Position numbers and translations under genes: made by a program | Shown: in pieces, positions 1-7,979 of the stretch | Layout: each line of letters begins with the position of its first letter | How positions within the stretch are numbered: the stretch's first letter is position 1 | DNA from: an uncultured Terracidiphilus sp. | Lineage (GTDB): Bacteria > Acidobacteriota > Terriglobia > Terriglobales > Acidobacteriaceae | DNA: 64,000 bases | Direction: 5' to 3' | Assembly (NCBI GenBank): GCA_964408275.1 | Contig: CAYOYX010000006.1 | Span: 7,307 to 71,306, forward strand | Notes under the pieces: generated by a model | What the model was told of the DNA's origin: nothing | The model's input: only the letters and a program-made list of their open reading frames with translations | Database searches by the model: none

Positions 1-91
1 CGGCCTCCATCAAGCGAATAAGTTCGTCAGTGCCCTGCTCCTGAATGAAGAGCTTGGCGAAGGCCGTGGCCTCAAGAAAGTAGCAGCTCAC
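1..91 (-). CDS. PIN-domain (VapC-like) protein, N-terminal fragment; the gene runs off the window start
   Basis: Reverse-strand reading from GTG at 91..89 gives VSCYFLEATAFAKLFIQEQGTDELIRLMEA. This resembles the YLD(T/A)SAL.KL...E.GS N-terminus of many VapC PIN proteins, with Glu in place of the first Asp. There is a GTGA start/stop overlap with ORF 88..807. Confidence 0.3.
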   Translation of the reverse strand, partial: MSCYFLEATAFAKLFIQEQGTDELIRLMEA

Positions 92-807
92 AGGCTCCCC
101 CGTTCTTCTTCGATTGCCTCGGCGATGGATTCACCATGCGCCGCGACCGGGTGGAAGCGCTGCGCCTCTTCCGGCATTCCGGCTTCGACGCGATTGAGGC
201 GAATGGTGGTGGTGGGATAAGCCGGTGTCTTGGGATTGGCTATTTTGCTGGTGACGACGACGCCGCGCTGAATGGCCTCGGCCAGCACCGACTGGCGCGA
301 TTCGGGATGCTGATTCCAGCGGAAGGCCTTGCGGGGCAGAAAGGAATCGCGGAACCACTTGAGGGCGATAAAGGCGTGACCGCCGCGCTCGGCCTCGGCC
401 AGAGCCGCGCATAGCTCTTTGACACGGGCGTCGAGATCGGCGGGAATGATCGCCTCCTGGCTATCGTCGTCCTCGGCGAAGTCATGATCAAAGATTGCTC
501 GCGATGCTCGGATGGCACGTGGCGCAGGCTCTTCGCCGTCGATGCGCTCGAAGTAGATGCGCAGCTCGTCCTCTTCCGGCGACCACGAGTCCGCCATGGC
601 GTTGCGGCGCTTGCTGCGGCCGTTTTCACCGCACAACTCGACAATCGCCTGATAGCCTGGAGGCGCAAGGAAGGGCAAGGCGCGCACCAAGCCCGGATCG
701 GGCGAGACGGCCAGTTCATTGAGCGCTTCTTCGATGATTTCTTCCGCGTCGGGAATGGTTAGATTGCTTGTTTCTACATTACTTTGCATTGCTTTTGCCG
801 ATTTCAT
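88..807 (-). CDS. hypothetical protein (239 aa), acidic N-half, basic/structured C-half
   Basis: ATG start preceded by GGAGAAG. Open frame with coding-like composition. I recognise no family motif. It is translationally coupled to the downstream PIN-like ORF. Confidence 0.6.
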   Translation of the reverse strand: MKSAKAMQSNVETSNLTIPDAEEIIEEALNELAVSPDPGLVRALPFLAPPGYQAIVELCGENGRSKRRNAMADSWSPEEDELRIYFERIDGEEPAPRAIRASRAIFDHDFAEDDDSQEAIIPADLDARVKELCAALAEAERGGHAFIALKWFRDSFLPRKAFRWNQHPESRQSVLAEAIQRGVVVTSKIANPKTPAYPTTTIRLNRVEAGMPEEAQRFHPVAAHGESIAEAIEEERGSL

Positions 808-1449
808 TTTTCTTCTCCGTTATGCCGCCGCTTGTGCCCGTTTGCGCTCGGTGATCTCCGGCAGGCACCAAGGCCTGATGTATGGAGTTCGTGGCGCGCT
901 CGCGTCAAGAGCAGCCTTAAGTTCTAAATCTCAATGATGGATCGCGGCAGAAAATTGACAGGCAATTATCTCTGCTTTACGGGCGGCCAAGCGGCATATC
1001 CCGGCGATAAATACGATTCTTTTGTTACGCGCCAGCCATTTTCCGGCGGGCAGTCTTCGTACTAATTGCATTTCCCGATGAAGTTATGACGGTGTATGGC
1101 TCTTTCAGGACTCTGTGCCCGAATCTTGGCCATCTTCCGCAGGTTTCTTCCGCGCAGATGAATTCGAGAAATACTTTAGCTAATCCATTCAGCATGAGGC
1201 TAATCATGCAACAGTGTATCCGAATCATACAATCTTGCCGGGTAATGTGGCAAGCGAAACTGGGATAGCAGAACGGCTTGACTGCGGGTAAGCCTGACAG
1301 TCGGTCGCGATCCGGAGATCTTCTGTTCAGGACTCGCCAACCCGCAAAGCTGCGGTGGGACGCGCGGCTCGTTTGCGGAAAAATATATTCTTGACTCGTA
1401 CAATTAGGAGATATGCGCCGATGCGCCTGAGTTCGATAACTCCACAGAC

Positions 1450-1662
1450 GTGTCGATGGATTTTTCGGGAACGCAATTAAGCCTCCCTAATCCCGTGGTC
1501 GGCGCGCTTTACTTCAAGCTGCTCGATGAACCGGAGAGGGTGCGGAAACTGACGCTGCCGGAGATGCGGGCGAACGCCACTGCGGCAGCAGCACCTGCTC
1601 TTGCGGGACCTGCTTCTATCACAACCGCGCCAGCGCATTCGCCCGTGAAGAGCGAGACGTAA
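1450..1662 (+). CDS. hypothetical small protein (70 aa), weak call
   Basis: Only ORF of note in an otherwise non-coding stretch. Non-ATG start, Ala-rich tail, no recognisable motif. Confidence 0.2.
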   Translation: MSMDFSGTQLSLPNPVVGALYFKLLDEPERVRKLTLPEMRANATAAAAPALAGPASITTAPAHSPVKSET

Positions 1663-1669
1663 ATTCGCC

Positions 1670-1924
1670 TTAGTTGAAGTAGGCTTTGTTTTTGCCGGCG
1701 AAATGAGCCTTGTCGGCGGGCAGATCGTCTTCTGCGAAGATGGCGCTGGAAGGGCAGATCGAGGCGCAATTGCCGCAGTCGATGCACTCATCCGGATTGA
1801 TGAACAATTGCGAGACGCCGGCGGCGGCTGGATCAGAGTCGCAGACAGGCACGATAGCCGCAGTCGCGCACTCAGCAGCGCAGATAAAGTCCTTGGTGCA
1901 AGCATCGGTAATTACGTAAGCCAT
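1670..1924 (-). CDS. 4Fe-4S ferredoxin family protein
   Basis: CIDCGNCASICP cluster motif plus an N-terminal Cys set (C..C...C). AAGGAG RBS before the ATG. Confidence 0.85.
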   Translation of the reverse strand: MAYVITDACTKDFICAAECATAAIVPVCDSDPAAAGVSQLFINPDECIDCGNCASICPSSAIFAEDDLPADKAHFAGKNKAYFN

Positions 1925-2137
1925 GAAAAACTCCTTGGTCGCCGGGGCGCTCGTGGCGCATGCGTTGTATCTTGAGGTTACCCAAGTTGATGCAGGCGGC
2001 TCCGTGACTCAGATCACAGTGGGAATAAAGGATTGCCTATTGTGGGACGCGGGAGGGAAAGCTGAAGCATGAAAATACTTTGCAGATTATTATTGCTCTG
2101 ATGTGCACAATGAAAGCATGAACAGCTACCCTATCCA

Positions 2138-2216
2138 GGGCTTTTTTACTGACAACTGACAACTGAGAACTGGAAGGGTACCCCCTACCCCCCTCATTTA
2201 TTTTCAAAACCTTGCG
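2138..2216. repeat. Repeat family B copy (T-run, CTGA(C/G)AA heptamers, C-rich tract, ATTTTCAAAACC box)
   Basis: gggcttttttactgacaactgacaactgagaactg..gggtaccccctacccccctc..attttcaaaacc. About 90% identical to 55542..55620. Confidence 0.85.
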
Positions 2217-2307
2217 TATAATTTTAACCATCATAGAATCTTACAGTTACAAAAAACAATCCTGCCACTTTTACCGTAATGTGAAACGGCAAAAATCTCT
2301 CTCAAAG

Positions 2308-4092
2308 TCAGCGCCAGTCGTCTTGCGCTTGCATCAAGCCTGCGCTCATCACATTGTCAAAGCCTGTGTGCTTTTTGATGAAGATTTCGCTGAAGGCCAG
2401 ATCCTGACGAAGAAGAATGGCCTGGAGGCGGACCAGTTCGAGCAGCGCCAGAAACATGGCAATCAGCGCGCGCTCGCTGTGAGTATGGCTCAGCAAGCGG
2501 CGCAATGCGATGGGCTTGTCTTCCATCGAGAGGCGGCGCGCGAGGAACTGAATCATCTGGCCGACGGTAACCGAATCCTCCTCAAGATCAATGACCGGAC
2601 GCGAGCGGGCGCGCTCCAGAATGTCGCGAAAGATGCGAACAAGATCGACGGTATCGGCGGCGATCTCCGGCTCCGCCGCCGCATCGTCTTTGAACTCGCG
2701 GGCGCCGGGATTGGTCCAGGTCGCGGCCTCGAGCATCTGCTTCTGCTGGAGCATTTGAGCGGCGTTTTTGAAACGCTCATGCTCGAGAAGGCGCTCGACC
2801 AGTTCACGGCGCGGGTCTTCGGCAGCCTCTTCCGGACCGTGGTCGGCGCGCGGCAGCAGCATCCTGCTCTTGATGTGGATGAGCAGCGAAGCGGTATAGA
2901 TGAACTCGCCGGCCACGTCCACATCGCCGGCCTTGAGCTGATTGACGTAAGCGAGAAACTGCGCGGTGATGGTGGCGATGGGGATGTCGTAGATGTCGAT
3001 GTCCTGCTTGCGGATCAGGTCGAGCAACAGGTCGAGCGGGCCATCATAAACCTGGCCGACGATGACCGAAAACGGAGATTGCTCGCTGCTTTCGTCGAGT
3101 TTTTTTTGCCGCGCTGCGAGTTTTGCGGCGGCTTTTTCGGCAGCGATTTTATTGGCCTGCTCCTCGGCTGTGGGCTGCGGAGTGAGGAGCAGCGGGGGAG
3201 CGGCGGGCGGCGCGGCTTCTGTCACAGCTTCGAGTGGCTCTGGAATAGATTCCATGACGTTCACGGCTTCAACAACGGCTTCGACAGCGTCTATTTGTTC
3301 TTGAGCAGGCTCGATCACGGCCTCCGGCTCGACGATGAGTTCGACAACTTCCATTGGCTCTGGTTCTGAAGAAGATTCGATCACGACTTCATGTTTAGTT
3401 TCGGTTTGCGTGGATTCCTCCGGCTCTGGCTCTGGTTCTACAGGGGCCTCGACTGGCGTGCCAGAACAGCAAATCTCAGGGGCTAAAGCCCGATCATCTT
3501 TTTGCTGCATTTGCGGCACGACTGAAGTCGTGCCCTGATACAAAGCGGACTCAATTTCAATTTTATCTTCCGAATATATTGCCTCGACTTCTTCAAGTTT
3601 CTGATCGGCTTCCGGCTCGGCATCAACGAGAGCTTCTGCTGGAGCTTCGGTAGGTTCAACCAGTTCGGGTAGAGCGAGGATCGGGTCGGCGAGAGCGGCG
3701 ATTTGAATCGGCGCAGCGGCGGTCTCAGGCTCGGCGAGTGGGACTGGCGCTATTGCAACCTCGGGTTCCGCGACAGGAATTGGCGCGGCTGCGGGCTTCG
3801 AGTCGGCTGTTGGAAGAGGCTCGGCCACTGGCTCAGCCAGGAGCGGTTCGGCGGCGGCAATTTCGGTTTGGGGAGAGGCTTCGGTCAATGTTGTGTTTTC
3901 TTCCTGAATCTTTTGCTGAGTGATGGATGAGTTCGCAACTGTGACAGTTTCAGGCTTCGAGGAGATGGCTTCAGGTTCAATGACAACGGCTTCAGATTCG
4001 CTCGGACGAGAAAAGAGACCAAATCGCGAGCGAATGCCGTCGAGAGCAAATTTGAACGCCCTTCGCCACCACGGGATTGTCTTTTCAAGCAT
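2308..4092 (-). CDS. scpA: segregation and condensation protein A (ScpA) with a ~340-aa acidic Pro/Glu/Ala-rich N-terminal extension
   Basis: The C-terminal ~255 aa (SPFSVIVGQVYDGPLDLLLDLIRKQDIDIYDIPIATIT...) are ScpA-like. The frame stays open to an ATG 18 nt downstream of the trpS stop. Confidence 0.85.
   Translation of the reverse strand: MLEKTIPWWRRAFKFALDGIRSRFGLFSRPSESEAVVIEPEAISSKPETVTVANSSITQQKIQEENTTLTEASPQTEIAAAEPLLAEPVAEPLPTADSKPAAAPIPVAEPEVAIAPVPLAEPETAAAPIQIAALADPILALPELVEPTEAPAEALVDAEPEADQKLEEVEAIYSEDKIEIESALYQGTTSVVPQMQQKDDRALAPEICCSGTPVEAPVEPEPEPEESTQTETKHEVVIESSSEPEPMEVVELIVEPEAVIEPAQEQIDAVEAVVEAVNVMESIPEPLEAVTEAAPPAAPPLLLTPQPTAEEQANKIAAEKAAAKLAARQKKLDESSEQSPFSVIVGQVYDGPLDLLLDLIRKQDIDIYDIPIATITAQFLAYVNQLKAGDVDVAGEFIYTASLLIHIKSRMLLPRADHGPEEAAEDPRRELVERLLEHERFKNAAQMLQQKQMLEAATWTNPGAREFKDDAAAEPEIAADTVDLVRIFRDILERARSRPVIDLEEDSVTVGQMIQFLARRLSMEDKPIALRRLLSHTHSERALIAMFLALLELVRLQAILLRQDLAFSEIFIKKHTGFDNVMSAGLMQAQDDWR
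3476..3538. repeat. Repeat family A copy (REP-like), inside the scpA coding frame
   Basis: tcaggggctaaagccc..N..tgcggcacgactgaagtcgtgccctga. Contains a perfect 8-bp hairpin GGCACGAC/GTCGTGCC. Same architecture as 9194..9254. Confidence 0.85.
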
Positions 4093-4110
4093 TGGCTTTT
4101 CCTGTGCAGC

Positions 4111-5127
4111 TCACTGGCTCATTCGCATGGCGGCGCGCACCTGCACCATTGTCTCTTCGGCGCGGGCGCGAGCGCGGCTGGAACCATCTTTGAGAATTGC
4201 TTCGACCTGCGCTTCGCTGAAGCTGGTGCGGCGGGCCTGGATGGGCTGGAGTACCTGCACCAACCCATCGGCGGCCCAACCCTTGCACTCGATGCAGCCG
4301 ATTCCCGCCGAGCGGCAGCCGTCATAGACTTTGGCCATTGTCTCCGGCGTAGAAAAGACTTTGTGCAGATCGCCGACAGGGCATTTGTCCGGGTCGCCCT
4401 TATCGATGCGGCGAATGCGGGCCGGGTCGGTAACCATCGTCTTGAGCTTCTGGCGGACGATTGGCTCCTCGTCGGTCAACTGAATGGTGTTGCCGTAGCT
4501 CTTGGACATCTTGCGACCATCAGTGCCAGGAAGTGTAGGCGAGGGTGTGAGGAGCACCTTCGGCTCGGGAAGGACTTCACGTCCGTCTAGCTTGTAGAAC
4601 TGGTTGAAGCGGCGGGCGATCTCGCGCGTCAACTCGACGTGGGCGGTCTGATCGTTGCCGACGGGCACATAGTTGGCCTGATAGAGCAGAATGTCGGCGG
4701 CCATCAGCAGCGGATAGCCGAGGAAACCGAAGTTCGAGAGATCTTTGCTGGCGAGGTTCTCCTGCTGGTCCTTGTAGCTAGGCACACGCTCCAACCAGCC
4801 GAGCGGGGTAATCATGCCGAGCAGCAGATTCAACTCGCCGTGCTGCAAGACCTTGCTCTGCTGGAAGATCACACACTTGGCCGGGTCAAGGCCCGCGCCG
4901 AGGTAGTCGAGCAACACTCCCAGCGTGTAGGCCGGTATCTTCGATGGGTCCGCATAGTCGGTGGTCAGCGCATGCAGATCGGCGATAAAAAAATAGCACT
5001 CGTATTGGTCTTGCAGTTTGACCCAGTTGGCCAGCGCGCCCATGTAGTTGCCGAGATGAAGCTTGCCGGTGGGGCGCATACCGCTGAGAACGCGCGGACG
5101 AGAGGCGGGAGTGGCGGATTCAGGCAT
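4111..5127 (-). CDS. trpS: tryptophan--tRNA ligase
   Basis: Class I aaRS motifs GKLHLGNY (HIGH-type) and KMSKS. Overall TrpS-like sequence, 338 aa. Confidence 0.95.
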   Translation of the reverse strand: MPESATPASRPRVLSGMRPTGKLHLGNYMGALANWVKLQDQYECYFFIADLHALTTDYADPSKIPAYTLGVLLDYLGAGLDPAKCVIFQQSKVLQHGELNLLLGMITPLGWLERVPSYKDQQENLASKDLSNFGFLGYPLLMAADILLYQANYVPVGNDQTAHVELTREIARRFNQFYKLDGREVLPEPKVLLTPSPTLPGTDGRKMSKSYGNTIQLTDEEPIVRQKLKTMVTDPARIRRIDKGDPDKCPVGDLHKVFSTPETMAKVYDGCRSAGIGCIECKGWAADGLVQVLQPIQARRTSFSEAQVEAILKDGSSRARARAEETMVQVRAAMRMSQ

Positions 5128-5166
5128 TTTTCTTATCGATTCCAGAGTTCGATTTTGGAGTGAAGC

Positions 5167-5206
5167 AAAAAAGATGCGCCGCTCTTCGCCAGAGGCGGAA
5201 AACGGC
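5167..5206 (-). terminator. candidate intrinsic terminator after the M50 peptidase gene
   Basis: On the minus strand, an imperfect GC-rich hairpin (gccgttttccgcc..gcgaagagcggc) is followed by a T-run (gcatctttttt). Confidence 0.45.
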
Positions 5207-5257
5207 TCTTTCTATTGTAATGGGCGATTGCAGCGGGAGGGAACGTATGTGGAGTTT

Positions 5258-5971
5258 CTAAATACGGCCCAGCGCAGAGTAGAAGAGGCCCAGGACCGGA
5301 GGGAGCAGGAAGCCGAGGATAGCGCGGCCCGCGATGATGATGAGGAAGTAACTGGCGATGCCGGTGATGCGGTCAAAGACTTGTGCTGCGTTGTAGGGCA
5401 GAACGTGGCGCAGGATGTGGCTGCCGTCGAGCGGGGGAATGGGAATCAGGTTAAAGATGCAAAGGATGAGGTTAAGCAAAACCATCATTGAGCAGAGAAA
5501 GGCAACCGGCTGCGGCGCGATACCGACATCCTGACCGTCGGCATATAAGAAAGCAACGATCACGTCCCTATGACCGTGAGGCGTTGCGATGGCAATAGCA
5601 GCAAGAGCGGCGAATGCCAGCAACGCCAGCAGCAGATTCGACGCAGGACCTGCGAGGCTGACCAGCGTGTCGTCGCGGCGGAAGTTGCGGAAGTTGCGGC
5701 TGACGATAGGAACGGGCTTGGCCCAGCCGAAGATGAAGCCGCCGAGATAACCCAGGCCGAAGAGCGGGCCAAAAATACCGATGGCGGGGATGAGGAGGGT
5801 GCCGATGGGGTCGATGTGATCCATGGGGTTGAGTGAGACGCGGCCCAGCATGCGGGCGGTCTGATCGCCGAGGCGCGAGGCTACCCAGGCGTGAGCGGAT
5901 TCATGAACGCTGAGCGAGAAAAGAAGAACGACAAATTCAGAGATGCAGAAGACAAGCTGGCTGGATTGCAA
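5258..5971 (-). CDS. site-2 protease family (peptidase M50) membrane metalloprotease
   Basis: HESAHAW (HExxH) in the first TM segment. Multi-pass hydrophobic profile. Confidence 0.8.
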   Translation of the reverse strand: MQSSQLVFCISEFVVLLFSLSVHESAHAWVASRLGDQTARMLGRVSLNPMDHIDPIGTLLIPAIGIFGPLFGLGYLGGFIFGWAKPVPIVSRNFRNFRRDDTLVSLAGPASNLLLALLAFAALAAIAIATPHGHRDVIVAFLYADGQDVGIAPQPVAFLCSMMVLLNLILCIFNLIPIPPLDGSHILRHVLPYNAAQVFDRITGIASYFLIIIAGRAILGFLLPPVLGLFYSALGRI

Positions 5972-6020
5972 AGGAACTCTCCACGGGCTGGAAGATTCAG
6001 GTTAGCATGCAAGGCGCGAG

Positions 6021-6797
6021 TCAGTAGAGGAGAACGGCAAGCCGGTAGGCAGTGAAGGAGCCTTCCTCGCCTTGCGTGGGACAGTTGGCAACGGCGGCCT
6101 TGCGATACCTTCCCGAAACCAGCTTGTCCGTCAACTCCTGAGGCAGTTGGGTCAGCGCGGCTGTCTGCCAGCGCATGACGTAGTGAGGCTGCGGACCGGA
6201 GGCGGCTCGCGGCATTCCGTCGTCCGTGGCGCAGGCGGCGCGGGCGAGTGTCGCATCACTTTGAAGGGCGATGCCGCTGGTTTTCACGAGAGCAGCAATT
6301 TTGCTCTCGACTTGAGACTGCGAAAGCACGACCACGATTCGCTCGTAGTCGGCGACGACATAGAGACCGTCGCGGCCAGCGATTACAGCTATGCCAACGT
6401 GATCCACATCGGGGTTGAGCAGGTTGGAGCGGTGATGCGGCGAGTTCATCCATGCGTTGTGAATCGCGGCGGGCGTGGGCGCAAGGGCGACGTTCTCCTC
6501 GATCAGGCTGAAGTGCGCGTCGGCCTGATGGGCGCGCTCGCTGGCGTCAGGCTCGCCTGGATACTGATGCGAGATGGAGCGATTGGCGGCCATGAGCTGA
6601 CAATGCTGGCGCGCCGCGGCAGCCAATGCCGCGTCCCATTGAAGCGGCGCAGCTCCGTCCTGCGCGCGGGCCTCGTTGGCCAGCGAGAGAATCTGCGCGG
6701 CCTCGGGCTGAATCGCGGCTGAGCTTTGAGCGCGCGCGGGAAAGACAGGCGTGGTCATCGCCAAAAACAAAAGCAAAAGCTGCCTTGAAGTGATCAT
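6021..6797 (-). CDS. secreted CAP/SCP (PR-1-like) domain protein
   Basis: Signal peptide. The CAP-like stretch ANEARAQDGAAPLQWDAALAAAARQHCQLMA...SHQ is YkwD-like. Confidence 0.7.
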   Translation of the reverse strand: MITSRQLLLLFLAMTTPVFPARAQSSAAIQPEAAQILSLANEARAQDGAAPLQWDAALAAAARQHCQLMAANRSISHQYPGEPDASERAHQADAHFSLIEENVALAPTPAAIHNAWMNSPHHRSNLLNPDVDHVGIAVIAGRDGLYVVADYERIVVVLSQSQVESKIAALVKTSGIALQSDATLARAACATDDGMPRAASGPQPHYVMRWQTAALTQLPQELTDKLVSGRYRKAAVANCPTQGEEGSFTAYRLAVLLY

Positions 6798-6844
6798 TAA
6801 CTAATTAAACCCTGTCTGGCCTCGGTGGTCGCGGTATTCTTGCA

Positions 6845-7720
6845 TTGCCGATGAATTTATTTCGAGCCAGTTCGATCTCCGCCTTGCGCAATCGCATTCG
6901 CCGCCAGCCGCTGGGCGCCGTGGGCGCTTTTCTCCTTTTTATCTTTCTTCTTGCCGGACTGGCCGCGCCCTGGCTTGCGCCGGCGAATCCTGCGGCTATC
7001 GACCTGCTGCACCGTCTCGAAGGCCCATCGGCGCAGCACTGGGCCGGGACCGATGAACTGGGCCGCGACACGTTCTCGCGCCTGCTCTACGGAGCGCGGC
7101 TTTCACTGGCTGTTTCAGTCACGGTGGTGACGATTTCGCTGGCGCTGGGTCTGGCGATTGGCGGCTTGGCGGGTTATCTGGGCGGCTGGATCGACACCGC
7201 GCTGACGACGGTTGCGATGAACACATTTTTGGCGCTGCCGGGGATTTTGCTGGCGATTGCCTTTGCCGCGTTTCTTGGACCCGGCTTTACGAATCTGGTA
7301 CTGGCGCTGGCCATCGGCGGATGGGCGGGCTATGCGCGGCTGGTGCGGGCGCAAGTGATGGCGGTGCGCGACCGCGAATACGTGGATGCGGCGCGCGCGC
7401 TGGGCGCAAGCGGAATGCGCATCTTCTTCCGCCATATTTTGCCGAATATCATGCAGCCGATTCTGGTGCAGGCGGCCATCGGCATGGCCGGAGTGATTTT
7501 GGCCGAGGCGACGCTTTCGTTTCTCGGCCTGGGCATTCCCGCGCCGGCGCCGAGCTGGGGCGCGATGCTGAATGACGCGCGCTCGCATCTGTTTGACTCG
7601 CCGCACATGGTGCTCTTCCCCGCGTTGGCCGTGGCCGGCGCGGTGCTGGGCTTCAACTTTATCGGCGACGCGCTGCGCGATCAGCTTGATCCGCGGACAC
7701 GCTTGGAGATGGGTCTATGA
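6845..7720 (+). CDS. ABC transporter permease (peptide/nickel DppC/OppC type)
   Basis: Six-TM profile. EAA-type loop ARALGASGMRIFFRHILPN. N-terminal DppC-like segment. Confidence 0.9.
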   Translation: MPMNLFRASSISALRNRIRRQPLGAVGAFLLFIFLLAGLAAPWLAPANPAAIDLLHRLEGPSAQHWAGTDELGRDTFSRLLYGARLSLAVSVTVVTISLALGLAIGGLAGYLGGWIDTALTTVAMNTFLALPGILLAIAFAAFLGPGFTNLVLALAIGGWAGYARLVRAQVMAVRDREYVDAARALGASGMRIFFRHILPNIMQPILVQAAIGMAGVILAEATLSFLGLGIPAPAPSWGAMLNDARSHLFDSPHMVLFPALAVAGAVLGFNFIGDALRDQLDPRTRLEMGL

Positions 7721-7775
7721 TGTCTAATGCACAAAAAGCATTTATAGCATCCCAAAATCTGAGTAAGGAGAATCA

Positions 7776-7958
7776 ATGAATAAGCAAAAAATCAACCTAT
7801 GGCTTTCCGGTTTATCATGTTTAATCTTTCTTGCCTGCGCCATAATAGCTTGGTTCGATTCGACCGACAGATCAACCCATCTTCGTTTTTACATATACTG
7901 CATCGGTTTAGTTAGTGCGACCACCGGTTTGATTCTGAGTTTTCGACACAAAAACTGA
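7776..7958 (+). CDS. small membrane protein (60 aa, two TM), AT-rich
   Basis: Strong AAGGAGA RBS 6 nt before the ATG. Two hydrophobic helices. Composition is clearly AT-richer than the flanks. Confidence 0.5.
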   Translation: MNKQKINLWLSGLSCLIFLACAIIAWFDSTDRSTHLRFYIYCIGLVSATTGLILSFRHKN

Positions 7959-7979
7959 ACTTTCTTTGAGGAGTAAATA

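Noticed and set aside
2150-2175. Heptamer arrays (also at 22908..23031, 55554..55578) considered as CRISPR or coding tandem repeats
   Set aside because: The units are 7 nt with no spacers, only 3-4 copies, and intergenic. This is not CRISPR architecture.
2212-3369. 385-aa plus-strand ORF overlapping scpA
   Set aside because: It is antisense to a gene with clear ScpA motifs. Its protein is Arg/Leu/Gly-rich shadow sequence typical of high-GC antisense frames, with no start context.
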